A DNA stretch of 64,000 bases from Rhizophagus irregularis. Taxonomy: Eukaryota. The first letter of the stretch is position 1. Each line of letters begins with the position of its first letter. Location of the stretch: the NCBI RefSeq assembly GCF_026210795.1, contig NC_089429.1:4712001-4776000 (forward strand), in the 5' to 3' direction. Positions 36,226 through 49,082 of the stretch are shown here, in pieces. The notes under the pieces are model-generated. The model did not search any database. It saw only the letters and a program-made list of their open reading frames with translations, and was not told the DNA's origin. The position numbers and the translations under genes were made by a program.

Positions 36226-36664
36226 AAATTTAATTATGATTTAATCATATAAATAAACTTCATTCACCTTAACTTTTATGAATAATTTTTTTTTAAACGA
36301 TAATGGGAAAATGAATTGTAATTTCATTTTAATTTTTATAAAGAAAAGAAATTTACTTTGGGGTTTATAATAGTTTCATTATCTTATTGAGCCTTATTTT
36401 CATCGTTTTAGATTAATTATTTTTACTCATAGTTGAGATTTAAGCATTCTAACACAAAAATTCTTGTTTATGATAATCATAACCATATATATATTTTTTT
36501 AGTGAAATAAAGGCGCAATGATATACGTGAAACATATCCTTTTTCACAGATTAGTGCAACATAGCGGATATATAATTATTTGGTTCAATCCGAATACAGA
36601 ATTATTACAAAAAATATTTCTATTTCCAAAAAAATTATTTTTTTTTTAAAAAAAAAAAAAAAAA

Positions 36665-38062
36665 ATGGCAAGAGGATGTTCATTAAATCAAGATTTAAAA
36701 TTGCTAGTAAATAATCCAAAATATAGTGATATAGAAATATTATGTAAGGATGAAAAAAAATTATATGGTTGTAGAGCAATTTTGGCAGCAAGATCCGAAG
36801 TACTTGATGGACTACTTTATAATGGGATGAAGGAAACTTACGAAACCCAAATTTCTTTTCCAACGATCAATTCTTCTGGAATGGAAATTATTTTAGAATA
36901 TGTTTATACAGGTTCAGTTAGAGAAGAATCTTTAACAAAAGATAATACTGTTGAAGCTTTTTACGCTGCCGATTATTTTCAATTACCTGAACTTCAGGAT
37001 TTTATTATGAAAGTTCTCAAATGTACTTTGGAGACGAATTATTTAGAAAATTATTCACCAGAATTATTAACTAAAGTTTCAGAAAAAATGCCGTTAACAG
37101 AAGATAATATTCTTCTTAATTTATTGGTTGAAGCGGTAGCAATTATTCCTTTAAATGATATTGAATTTGGTCGATTATCTATTACGGGTCTTAAATATCT
37201 TTTATCTATTACTCATGAGAAAGAAATACCTTTTGCAACTCGGGAGTATGAAGTTTTTCGATATAGTGCAATCCTAGCAGCAAAACAAGTCTCTAATAAT
37301 ACTTATAGAATTCTTATGGAACGGTTACCAATCTTAGAACAAATAGATAATTCAATCACAACAGTAGGAAATAAAATTATTACAGATCGGGAAAAGGTTG
37401 CTAAAGAATTAGAACCTTTAGTTAAATTTATTGATTTCAGAAAAATTAAAGTTCAAATATTAGCCGATTTTATTGAACCATTAGAAATTATTTCAGATAA
37501 AATAATCTCTAATGTTTATCGATTCGTAGCATTATTAAATAATTTAGATTTATGTGATATTCGTGGAAAACTAACCGGTTATGTTTGGGATGAGACAGCA
37601 TGCGGATCAAAACTTGTTATTGAAGATAACGGAAAAACTATACATGCACTAAATAGTTGTGGTTACCAAAATGTTAGAGCTAAAATAGCATTAGAAAATA
37701 AAGGTATTTTTGATTGGGATGTAATTATTGAGAAAATTGCTGGTAATTCTTGTGTTGGAATATGTGTGTCAGAAAATTTAAATTATGAAACTTTTGCAGG
37801 ATATCAATCTACTGGATGGGTACTAAGTTCTAATGGTTATTGTTATAATTCTAATACAAGATTAAGTTATTGTCCATCATTTGGAAGTGGCACGAAAATT
37901 ACTGTCCATTTGGATATGAATAAAAGAACTTGTGCTTTCACAGTAAATGGTACAAAATATCCAGAAGTATTAGCTTGGAATAATTTACCGTCAAAACTTT
38001 ATCCAATAGTATCATTATGTTATCCTAGTCGCTTTCGAATTCAACTTCATCAAAAAAATTAA
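36665..38062 (+). CDS. BTB/POZ + SPRY domain protein
   Basis: 465-aa intact paralogue. Confidence 0.93.
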   Translation: MARGCSLNQDLKLLVNNPKYSDIEILCKDEKKLYGCRAILAARSEVLDGLLYNGMKETYETQISFPTINSSGMEIILEYVYTGSVREESLTKDNTVEAFYAADYFQLPELQDFIMKVLKCTLETNYLENYSPELLTKVSEKMPLTEDNILLNLLVEAVAIIPLNDIEFGRLSITGLKYLLSITHEKEIPFATREYEVFRYSAILAAKQVSNNTYRILMERLPILEQIDNSITTVGNKIITDREKVAKELEPLVKFIDFRKIKVQILADFIEPLEIISDKIISNVYRFVALLNNLDLCDIRGKLTGYVWDETACGSKLVIEDNGKTIHALNSCGYQNVRAKIALENKGIFDWDVIIEKIAGNSCVGICVSENLNYETFAGYQSTGWVLSSNGYCYNSNTRLSYCPSFGSGTKITVHLDMNKRTCAFTVNGTKYPEVLAWNNLPSKLYPIVSLCYPSRFRIQLHQKN

Positions 38063-39955
38063 GATGCTTATTATATTTATTATAAATTTTATAACTTTAT
38101 TATATGAATTATTTTTTCGAATAAACTAATTTATGAATTATAAATAAATATATGATCTATTATTTATATTACCTTGAAATATAGAAAGAATTGTATCGAA
38201 GTGGTAGAACTTCATATTTCTATTAAGTAATTTCATTTTTTGCATTTTTGGTGAAAATATTCAAGTAATATTATATTTAGATAAATCATGCATAAAACTT
38301 TCAGAAGATTGATGAGATGATTGTATCAAGATTCTGATAAGTTAAACTTCGTCACAATCGTTATAATCACAGTAAATTATTAGCGAAAAAAGAAAATCGT
38401 CTTAATATTATTATACAATGCAACTACTAATTAAAGGGTATATTTTGAGATCTAAATTACGTTTATTATATAATGCAGAAAACTAATGTAATCTCATTCA
38501 GTTAAACAATTCCTATTATGAGGCTGAATTCAATGGCACTCGTTCAATTTGAGGGTTAAGGACTTGCATGATGATCTAAATTTTTGATACATATTAAATA
38601 TGTCGTTGATTAAAGGAAAAAAAAATCCAATATTATTTATTTATTAGAAAAGGATTGAGTTTACTAATAAATGTGTTGTAGTGATATAAAAGTTCTGTGT
38701 GAAGACGAAAAGAAATTATGTAGTTGTAAAGCAATTTTAGAAGTATTTTGTTGACTACTTCATTTATAATAGAATTAAGAAAACCAAATTTCTTAAATTT
38801 CTTTTTCAAATTAAATATAATCTTGGAATGGACTATGCTGAAATACAAGTATTATTATGTGTAGCTCATCGTGAGATGAATGTTGCGTATGTACGTAGTT
38901 TAAAGGAGATTTTAAACGTTTCTTAATATAAATAATATTTGCCGTATAAAAAAACCCGCGTGCAATAATTATCAGCCAATTTCTTATTACATTTCGTTAG
39001 TAAGCATAAATTTTTTAAAAATACATATTTGACTGACGTTACCTGTTCACAAATAGCGTGATACAATTTTTTTCTCTGGTGAAATTCGATAATATCTTTA
39101 TCTAAAAGATAGTCATACATCTATTCTAAAATTGTTCGTTATTTAACCCCATTTTTATTTTTCAGTATATACTTGTATATTTGCAATTGTATTTTTAGAG
39201 AAAGTAACGATTTCTTTTTTGATAAATTGTTTTGCTATTTAACAGAATTAAAGAAACGAAAATGAAAAGAAATAACATTCGTAGAAGGAAAAGAAGTTTT
39301 ATTACATACATTAAATAGAAAAAAAAATTATAAAATCGATTGATAGAATTCTATTTAAAAATGACATCGATAAACATTTTTACTCACATCATAACAGCGG
39401 CATGAGGTGCTGAGTAACTATTAAATATTCTCCATGCTTTTATGTTACTTCACGAGTTCATTTTTACAGGATAAAACTGTAATTCTATATAAAGGAATAC
39501 AATTTATCTGTTTGTAGTTTTGATTAAACAATGTAATGTTTACTAATTAAAAAAATTTGTTCATTATTTTAAATAATTACTCTCATTACGCGTAATATTA
39601 AACATATCATAATTTTATTTTTAGTTTATAATAAGAATCATTCACCCAAGTTTTTGATATATTTAATGGCTTAAAAGTTTGCATTGGTTTCATAATAATA
39701 GAAAAATATTATTTAACAATTATTATCAGTAATCACGTCATTTTTATACAAGATAGTGACATAAACCAAGAATTTTTTTTACAATATGAAGGCGCAGTTA
39801 AAATTTCAATGATTCAATTGATGCATGAATTGCATGATGCACATGTCACAACATTCAGAGTTTAGTACAACGTAGTACAGAATATAATTCTTTATAATCC
39901 AAAATAGGATCGTGAAAGTGTATTACTTCTCTAAAAAAAAAATTTTTTAAAAAAA

Positions 39956-41356
39956 ATGACAAGAGGATATTCATTAGAACAAGATTTAAGATTATTGATA
40001 AATAATCCAAAGTATAGCGACGTAGAAATTTTATGCGAAGATGAAAAGAAATTATATGGTTGTAGAGCAATTTTAGCTGCAAGGTCCGAAGTATTTGATA
40101 GGTTACTTTATAATGGAATGAAAGAAACTTATGAAAATCAAATTTCTTTTCCAAAGATTAATTCCGCTGGAATGGAAATTATATTAGAATATATTTATAC
40201 GGGATCAGTTAAAGAAGAATATTTAACGAAAAATAATATAATCGAAGCTTTTTACGCTGCTGATTATTTTCAATTATCTGACCTGCAGGAATTTATTACA
40301 AAATCAGTTAAGAATACTAATTTGGCAAAAAATTATTCACCGGAATTATTATCTAAAATTTCAGAAAACCCATTAACAGAAGATAATATTTTTCTTAATT
40401 TATTGGTTGAAACAGTAGCAGTTATTCCATTAAATGATATTGAATTTGGTCGATTGTCTATTGCAGGTCTTAAAAATCTCTTATCTAATACACATGAAAA
40501 AGAAGTGCCTTTCGCAACCCCGGAATATGAAGTTTTTCGGTATAGTACAATTCTAGTAGCAAAACAAGTCTCTAATGATGTATACAAAATTTTTATCGAG
40601 CAGTTACCAACCTTAGGACAACTAGATAATTCAGTTCGAACAGAAAATAAATCTATTACTGATAATCAAAAAATTTCTGAAGAATTGATGCCTTTGATTA
40701 AATTTATTGATTTCAGAAGAATTAAAGCACAAATAATAGTTGATATCATTGAACCATTAGGAATTATTCCAATCGAAACAACTCTTAGCGTTTATCGATA
40801 TATGGCATTATCAAATAATTTAAATTTAAGTAATACTCGTGGAAAACCTATTAATCAATTCGGTCCCGGTTATGTTTGGGATGAGACAGCATGTGGATCA
40901 AAACTTATTATTGAAGATAACGGAAAAATTGTACATGCACCAAATGGTTGTGGTCACCAAAATATTAGAACTAAAATAGCATTAGAAAATAAAGGTATTT
41001 TTGAGTGGGATATGATTATTGAGAAAACTTGTGATTATGCCTGGGTTGGAGTATGTGCACCAGAAGACTTTAATTATGAAATTTGGGCAGGTGATCAATC
41101 TACCGGATGGGTATTAGGTTCTGGTGGTTATTGTTATAATTCTAATAAAGGAATAATGTACTGTTCTTCATTTAAAGGTGATGGCACAATAGTTACAGTC
41201 CATTTGGATATGAATAAAAGAACTTGCGCTTTCACAGTCAATGGTACAAAGTATCAGGAAGTATCAGCTTGGAATAATTTACCATCAAAACTTTATCCAG
41301 TAGTATCATTAAAAAATCCTGGTCGTTTTCGAATTGAACCTCATCAAAAAAATTAG
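39956..41356 (+). CDS. BTB/POZ + SPRY domain protein
   Basis: 466-aa intact paralogue. Confidence 0.93.
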   Translation: MTRGYSLEQDLRLLINNPKYSDVEILCEDEKKLYGCRAILAARSEVFDRLLYNGMKETYENQISFPKINSAGMEIILEYIYTGSVKEEYLTKNNIIEAFYAADYFQLSDLQEFITKSVKNTNLAKNYSPELLSKISENPLTEDNIFLNLLVETVAVIPLNDIEFGRLSIAGLKNLLSNTHEKEVPFATPEYEVFRYSTILVAKQVSNDVYKIFIEQLPTLGQLDNSVRTENKSITDNQKISEELMPLIKFIDFRRIKAQIIVDIIEPLGIIPIETTLSVYRYMALSNNLNLSNTRGKPINQFGPGYVWDETACGSKLIIEDNGKIVHAPNGCGHQNIRTKIALENKGIFEWDMIIEKTCDYAWVGVCAPEDFNYEIWAGDQSTGWVLGSGGYCYNSNKGIMYCSSFKGDGTIVTVHLDMNKRTCAFTVNGTKYQEVSAWNNLPSKLYPVVSLKNPGRFRIEPHQKN

Positions 41357-42542
41357 ATGTTTGTTACAAATTTTATTTTATTACATGTATAACTTTTTTG
41401 AATAAATTAATTTATGAATTATACTTTGTACTTACTAATTAAATTTCTAAGCGAGAAAGTAAAATTTTTATATTCTCGTAACACTAAATTTATTTATACT
41501 AGTACGTAATATAGAAAGAATTGTATCGTGATTCATTTTCTATTGAGTAATTTATTTAGTTGGTAGAAAAAGTAAGTTCATTCAGAGTATTTAATAAATA
41601 TAATAAATGTATCGATAGTACTTCTAAAATCATGAATAGTTAATCAAAAAAAATTGCTTTTGAAAGATCAATTTAATTGGTTATGAAAATCTATACTTCG
41701 TTACGATCGTATCACGCAATAAATTAGCAATTTTCTTGAAATAAGAAGGCCATCTTAAAAAAATCCATTTTAGACTATCTAAATTATTTTTATATAATGC
41801 AGGAAATTAATGAGGGATAATCTCATCCAATTGAACTAAATTATGAGGCTGAATTCAATAGTGCTCATGCAACTTTGGGTTTGGGTTTATTAAATAATTT
41901 ATTTTCAACAATAATTGTGAATACGCAGCTAGATATTTCTTTTTTTTCGTATGGATCTAAATTTGTAATATATATTAGATAAGTCATTAGATTTCATTCT
42001 CACATATACTGTATATGATTTATATCACTACAGTATATTTATTAGAAATCTTATTCTAATAAATATATTTTTTCAACTTTTTTTTTGCAATTTTGGCAAT
42101 ATATTAGTTAGCTACTTTATGATAGACGGAATATGGATTATAGTCATAAAAAATGATTATTCAAATATTCATACATAGGCAAAATCATACACTTTAATTC
42201 ATTACACCGATTCAACTTTAAAAATCTTAAATCTTTGAGCGAGACGGGTGATGGCAAGTGATCTAAATGACATCAAATGACTGGGTTAATTCTGGCTAAG
42301 ACATTACTATGACTCAAATGACAAATGACCTCGAATAACTGGTTATTCAAAGTCACTTGATTTTCTTAATCACTTGTCATTATTTATAATCATTTGTTAT
42401 TTTATTTTGTCATTTCAGTCGTTTGATTTTATCACATGATTAATCTCAAATGATGTGATCATTTGTCGAATCATTCGTGTCATAATGCTGCAGATTATTC
42501 AATTATTTTTAGTTTTAAAATTTGGCTTTTATTTAATTTGTG

Positions 42543-42544
<2 letters not shown>

Positions 42545-42575
<31 letters not shown>
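42545..42575. repeat. (TA)n microsatellite
   Basis: Read directly. Confidence 0.95.
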
Positions 42576-42576
<1 letters not shown>

Positions 42577-42582
42577 TGTATA

Positions 42583-42724
42583 CCGTACGGTTCCGAAATT
42601 ACGCAACCATTTTTTGCACTTAATTCTGGCCAAAGTCCTCATAGTTCCGGCCAAAATCGGCTTAATGCGGGCCAGGGTTGCTTATTTTCGGGGGGGGGGG
42701 TTGCTTAATTTCGGAACCGTACGG
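42583..42724. mobile_element. Tc1/mariner(pogo)-type MITE
   Basis: TIRs CCGTACGGTTCCGAAATTACGCAACC / GGTTGCTTAATTTCGGAACCGTACGG, flanked by TA on both sides. Confidence 0.85.
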
Positions 42725-43869
42725 TAATTATGTTATTATACTATAATGACAGCAGAATTTTTACTTATGAACAAAATTTATATTGACATTGTATAGAAAA
42801 GGCTAATTCTTTATATTTAATGGCCGTAATTCTACTTGATATGCATAAAGTTCACTGCAACATTTCATAATATTATTAATTTATAGACAAGGTTCGTTCA
42901 CCCAAACTTTTAAGTGTATTTAGTGGTTTGAACGGTTGTATTGATTTTACAAAAATGGGAAAATGCCATAATGAATTATAATTACACTTTTTAATAATAG
43001 TTATAAAGAAAAGAGTTAGTTCTTTTATAATTACAGAATACAATTGTTACTTCTAAAGACGGAAATATTATTGTTCTAGCACGAAAAAATCATGTTAAAA
43101 TCGAAGTTTTTTGCATGAATAAACTTATGTGGCCAAGTTTTAAATGTGCTTTGTCATCATTCATATAATGTATATGTGATGCACTCTGGTACAACATAGT
43201 GTAATATTTAAATATTGGTAGAATAGGATTGAAAGTATTATTTTTTCTAAATAAAAAACCTAAAAAAATGATAGGATTGGTCATCAGAACGTACACATGA
43301 CCGACAACAATCAAACCATAATAATATAAATTATTTATTTTAATAAATTTATTATTAAGGCCTAATAAATACATTATTAAAGAATAAAGAATGTCTATTA
43401 AAAAATTTATGTACAAATTCTATATCTGACGTTTTTTCTTTGTTACATAATATACCTCATTTTAAAACTACTGTTAATTTGTTAGTTATAATACAATAAG
43501 ACTAAAGATAATAGATTTTATAAAATCAATAAATTGATATAATTATAATTGCTGTTTAGATGTTTGTCAAGCAATATAAAATATTAGTCAAATAATATAT
43601 AGTATCATTGTATAATTAATATATTAATTACACAATATCATAAAATCATATGTATTATAAGCCACAATTATACATTATATTAGTCATTATTAGGCTATTT
43701 ATATTTCTTAGTTTTAGGTTAAATAACTTATAAATTAATTGATGTAATAAATGTGACTCATACATGATCTTAATTTTTTTTATGAATCATAATAAGTTAC
43801 TGATCAAATGTTATTAGTCACTATGTATTCAAAAGATTTTACAAGTATATATATACCCTTAAACCTTCT

Positions 43870-44050
43870 CAAACTTTCAAATTTTTTTCAAACGTAATTA
43901 AACTTATTACTTTCAAATATATTATTTTTTTCAAACGTAATTAAACTTATTACTTTCAAATATTTTTTTTAAACGTAATTAAACTTATTACTTTCAAATT
44001 TTTTTCAAATGTAATTAAACTTATTTTTTTTCAAACGTAATTAAATTTAT
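43870..44050 (+). repeat. Minisatellite, about five copies of TTTTTTCAAACGTAATTAAACTTATTACTTTCAAA
   Basis: Read directly; units vary in length. Confidence 0.85.
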
Positions 44051-44157
44051 TAAAAAAAATACAATGACCAGCAGACATCATAATAAGAAATCATTTTTAA
44101 GTCAAGCAAAATATGATATTCAAATGCGGGCAAGGGTTATCGAACATATAGAGAAGC

Positions 44158-44915
44158 CACTATGTATGGTAAGTACAAAGGGATGGTGCGCACTGCAGGG
44201 TTCACGATCGGGCTAGTTTCTTCCCAATTGCATCCAAGGTTACAGCCTGAACGGAGTCTTGCTTAGTTATTTTGTAGCTAATCTCTTTTTTAATTCTTTG
44301 AAATTTGTAGGACACGCTTAAGGAAATATTGGAGAAGATAACGAAGACACCATGTATGGTAAGTATGAAGGGATGGTGCGCACTGCAGGGTTTACGATCG
44401 GGCTAGTTTCTTCCCAATTGCATCCAAGGTTACAGCCTGAACGGAGTCTTACTTAGTTATTTTGTAGCTAATCTCTTTTTTAATTCTTTAAAATTTATAG
44501 GACACACTTAAGGAAAGATTGGAGACACTATGTATGGTAAGTATGAAGGGATGGTGCGCACTGCAGGGTTCACGATCGGGCTAGTTTCTTCCCAATTGCA
44601 TCCAAGGTTACAGCCTGAACGGAATCTTATTTAGTTATTTTTGTAGCTAATCTTTTTTAAATTCTTTAAAAATTTGTAGGACACGCTTAAGGAAAGATTG
44701 GAGAAGATAACGAAGACGCTGTGTATGCATGGTAAGTATGAAGGGATGGTGCGCACTGCAGGGTTCACGATCGGGCTAGTTTCTTCCCAATTGCATCCAA
44801 GGTTACAGCCTGAACGGAGTCTTACTTAGTTATTTTGTAACTAATCTCTTTTAATTCTTTAAAATTTGTAGGGAACGTTCAAGGAAAATAAGAAGAGAAG
44901 TATGTATGGTAAGAA
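44158..44915 (+). repeat. Four ~180-195-bp tandem units, each a micro-exon plus an intron-like sequence
   Basis: Each unit is GTAAGTA...GGGATGGTGCGCACTGCAGGG...CTAAT...TTT(G/A)TAG followed by a 36-52-nt variable segment. Confidence 0.9.
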
Positions 44916-45104
44916 TGAAGGGATAATGCAAACGTGGCAAAAGAATTCTACAGGATTTAACATTTATTAATTAAATTATGGTATTTAAAATTTAAATATT
45001 ATAAATTATGTAATAATTTATGGATATTTTATATTGTTAACGTCACGAGCACGTAGACCAAATCTTTTTATTGAAAAATTGTACGAGCATTGAATAATTA
45101 TTCA

Positions 45105-45483
45105 CACCAAAGTGTTAGAACTGAAATAGCATTAGAGAATAAGGGTATTTTTGAATGTGGATATATCTTAATATACTTTAATAACGAAAATGAAATGATA
45201 AACGTGATTTACAAATCGGGAATGGAAGATGGCATGGGGAAGGGCACGAACTTATAGGGCGTCAAAATATTTTAATTATGAAAAACATGCAGCAAAACAA
45301 CCTATTGGATGGGTATTAAGTTCTATAGGACATTGTTAAAAGGAGTAATGAATTACTGTCCTTCATTTGGTGATGGTACAAAATATCCAGAAGCTTGGAA
45401 TAATTTACCATTTAAACTTTATCCAGTAGTATCATTATATCGATCTGGTTGTATTCGAATTCAAACTCATCAAAAAAAATTAA
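45105..45483 (+). pseudogene. SPRY-only 3' remnant of a BTB-SPRY gene
   Basis: IALENKGIFE ... YCPSFGDG...WNNLPFKLYPVVSLYRSGCIRIQTHQK. The orphaned family promoter motif lies at 43189-43200. Confidence 0.85.
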
Positions 45484-46120
45484 CAAATTTTATGATTTTA
45501 TTATATATCTATATTTTTTTTTGAATAAACTATGAATTATCTATTTTATTTTCTCGTAACATCATTTATTATTACATGATATATAGAAAGAATTGTATCA
45601 AAATAATCGAATCTCATTCTCTATTAAATGATAAAAATAAAATAATTAATTTAATAAATGTATCTAAATCATGCATAATAAGCATCTTGCTTTCAGAAAG
45701 ATTGATATAATAATCTAAAAATTTAAATTTTAAGAAGTAAATTAGCAACTTTCTTGGAAAAGTAGACTGTCATTAAAGTATATTTTTGAGTTGCATTTCA
45801 TAAATTATGATGTTGGAGAGTAGATCTAATCTCACCCAGTTGAAAGTCAAATTATGAGACTAAATTCAATGATTTATTTGTTATTTCTTTCTTTCGTAGT
45901 GACCTAAATGTGTGATATACACTATATAGTAAATAAAACAATACATTTTTTTTTACAATAAAAAAAACTTGTCATTAGAGCAATTAGCCATATAGAAAAT
46001 TTATAAAGAACAATGTTAGTAAAGTAATTAATTGAACGAAGTAAATTTACGAAAACCATAAATAATTTGTCGATGAACCCCTTCCCTTCTGTCATATAAT
46101 TGTATTTTTACGAAATAGTA

Positions 46121-46502
46121 TTATCGCAATTTTCGAATTACTGAGAACAGTTTAAAGAGGAAAATAAAATAAAAAAAAATGTTTTTTTTCAAAAACCCAC
46201 GAAAACAGTAAATTTTATTGCATTTTTAGATAGAGAAGGTGCGATTATAACCTGAAAATGTTAATTTTACTTAATTTTTCGGTATGTTTGCATATAAGCG
46301 ACTTTTGAGATTTTGTGTAACCTAAAAAGTTCTCTATAAGTAAACTTACCTAAGAGTTGGATTTTTCATCCTAAAATCAAGGGTTTCATGTTATAATCGC
46401 ACCTTCTCCTTCCAAAAATACAATAAAATTTACTAAAAAAATCATTTTTTTTATTTTATTTTCCTATTTAAACTGTTTTCAGTAATTCGAAAATTGCGAT
46501 AA
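46121..46502. mobile_element. Foldback/MITE-like element with long imperfect inverted arms
   Basis: TTATCGCAATTTTCGAATTACTGA...GAGAAGGTGCGATTATAAC is inverted as GTTATAATCGCACCTTCTC...CAGTAATTCGAAAATTGCGATAA. Confidence 0.8.
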
Positions 46503-47053
46503 ATCGATATTCAAAGCACGTTTACATATGTAGGTATAAACGCTCAATTTCCATAAATAGGAATTAATTCACATTCTTTCATTTGCGTTTAGCAATGAAT
46601 ACTTATCAAAATTCGTAGTGAATACAAAATAAAAAAACATCGATCAACATTTTTGCTGATTATATATATTATTGTCTTATAATGTATCCAAAATTATTTC
46701 TTAATTGATCAACTTTTAAGGGATAGTAAAGTTTGTATTTTTAAAAAGCGTATCTAATTTTTCTTTATTTTTAAATATTCTATATTTAGTAAAATGATGT
46801 ACAAAATAATTAATTTCTCTTTTTTGCTTTTTTTTTATGTAAACGTGAAGATGATCGTTTTTTTACTAAGTAGATTTTTATAAAAAATTTTTACATATAT
46901 ATAAAGACAGAAAGCAAAAAAAAAAAAATCCTACCACTTTACTTTAATGCCATTCTTCTCTTTTCCCAATTTCTAGCACAATTTTTCTTTTATACGAAAT
47001 TGTTGCCCTATATAAAACCTATTACTCGAATATAATAATAGAAATAATAAAAC

Positions 47054-48346
47054 ATGGTTGCTTCAAGCTTCATTAAAATATTTTCTATCGTTGTGCTAGT
47101 TGCTCTCAAAGTCTCAGCTCAAAGAGAATGTCCTTCAATTCAAGTCGAAGATAATACCACCGAAAAAAAGAGGTTTATTGTTATTTTTGATAAAGAAGTT
47201 AAGAATGCTGCCGAAGATCATTATGAAATGATGAAAGAATGCTATAAAACACGTGTTCAAAGTATCATTAAAGCTGATGAAAGTAATGATAGTACTGTGT
47301 TTGATCAAAGTGCTATTAGGGATTTTTCTGTTGATGGATCTATACAAGGATATACCTCATATTTTACACCTGAATTTGCAAAAGCAGTTGGAAATATGAA
47401 AAATGTTAAACTTATTGAAGAGGAAAGAAAAGTTAAAGTAGATGTTCCTCAACGTTTTAGTAAACGTTATTTTATAAATAAACGTGCAGAAGACGATGAA
47501 GTAGGACCGAACCTTGATCGTATTGATCAAGCTAAACGTCCGCTGGACGGAAAATTTATTTACCCTGATTCAGCTGGAAAAGGTGTAAATATTTTCATCG
47601 TTGACAGTGGTATTTTACTTACACATGAACAATTTAATGGTCGTGCCAAATTTGGACGTTCTTTCTGTGGAAATTGCACAAGAAATGTTATATATCATCA
47701 TGGTACTTTTGTTGCTAGTGTTGCTGCTGGAAACAGTGTAGGAGTAGCAAGAAAAGCCAATATTATTGATGTTAGAGTTTTAGATGCTGAAGGTGAAGGT
47801 TCAACTGCCAATATGATTGAAGGTTTATGCTTTATAATTAAACAACACAAAAATGGTAAAAACAAGAATTCAGTTGTTAACATGTCTCTTGGAACAGATT
47901 CTGTATCACGAGCTTTAAATCATGTTGTCAAAGAAATTACTGATGCTGGTATTCACATGGCTGTTTCTGCTGGAAATGCATTTTCTGATGATGCATGTAA
48001 AATATCACCTGCATCTGCACCTTCAGCCATTACATCAGGTGCTACCGAAGGAACAAGTGATGCAGTCACAGATTTCTCAAACATTGGAAAATGTGTTGAC
48101 ATTTTTGCTCCAGGTCGTAATGTTTTAGGTGCTGGTATTGGCGATAATGATTCATATAGAGTATCTTCTGGTACCTCTTTTTCTTCTCCACTTGTTGCTG
48201 GTACATTAGCTCTTTTAATTTCCAAGAGTGGTAATAAACCACCAGCTGCATTAACAGAAGTTCTTATTAAATTATCAACGAAAGGAGTTATTACTGGTCT
48301 TAAAAAGGGTTCTCCAAACGCCCTTTTACGTATTCCAGCTCCATAA
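47054..48346 (+). CDS. Secreted subtilisin-like serine protease (S8, proteinase K type) with I9 propeptide
   Basis: Hydrophobic signal peptide; RFIVIF propeptide; triad IVDSG, HGTFVAS, SGTSFSSP; oxyanion SAGN; VDIFAPG. Confidence 0.95.
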   Translation: MVASSFIKIFSIVVLVALKVSAQRECPSIQVEDNTTEKKRFIVIFDKEVKNAAEDHYEMMKECYKTRVQSIIKADESNDSTVFDQSAIRDFSVDGSIQGYTSYFTPEFAKAVGNMKNVKLIEEERKVKVDVPQRFSKRYFINKRAEDDEVGPNLDRIDQAKRPLDGKFIYPDSAGKGVNIFIVDSGILLTHEQFNGRAKFGRSFCGNCTRNVIYHHGTFVASVAAGNSVGVARKANIIDVRVLDAEGEGSTANMIEGLCFIIKQHKNGKNKNSVVNMSLGTDSVSRALNHVVKEITDAGIHMAVSAGNAFSDDACKISPASAPSAITSGATEGTSDAVTDFSNIGKCVDIFAPGRNVLGAGIGDNDSYRVSSGTSFSSPLVAGTLALLISKSGNKPPAALTEVLIKLSTKGVITGLKKGSPNALLRIPAP

Positions 48347-49082
48347 ATAAATTATATAGATATTTAAATTAGAATTAATTATTTCTTAATTTCCTATGCA
48401 AAACGTGTCTTTTTCTTAATTGAAAATTAATATCCAGATACTACTCACGTAATGTAATGCAACTCAATAAAATTAATTGAAATTATTTTATGCAGTATGT
48501 TTTCTTTTTAATAATATTTTGATGCTCGTGTAATAATTTATTGATTTACTGTTTTCGACGACGAGAAGTCGATTCAATAGATTTGCATTTAATCACCCTT
48601 TGATTAAATTTACAAATAATAGATCATGACAAATTTTTATCGTTAAACTATATATTATAATGTAATATAATGTAATCAAAAATTTATAACACTTACATAT
48701 AAGTTCGTTAATGTCTCTTAAAAAATTACCCATATTAATATATAATCGTTTATTTTAAATTTTATAAAAAGAAATAAATCCTGCTTTTAATACAATAATA
48801 ACTAATTTTTTAATTATTATTTTCAAATGATTTATTACATTTATTACATTTGAATATGTTATCGTAAATCACTATTGAGGCACAGCTAAGAACATTCCTT
48901 TTTAGTTTTTACAGAGTTTAGTACAACATAGTACAAAATATATAAGTTTAGTATTTCAATCCAAAAATAGAAGATTCATTTAAATATTCTTCCGTTTCTA
49001 AAAAAAAAAAAAAAAAATCTTCTATCCCTAAGAAAAAAAATCTTCTATCCCTAAAAAAAAAATTTTTTTTAAAAAAAAAAAA

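Noticed and set aside
44158..44915. CRISPR-like repeat/spacer appearance
   Set aside because: Repeats are ~142 bp with splice signals, the spacers are homologous to each other, there are no cas genes, and the context is eukaryotic.
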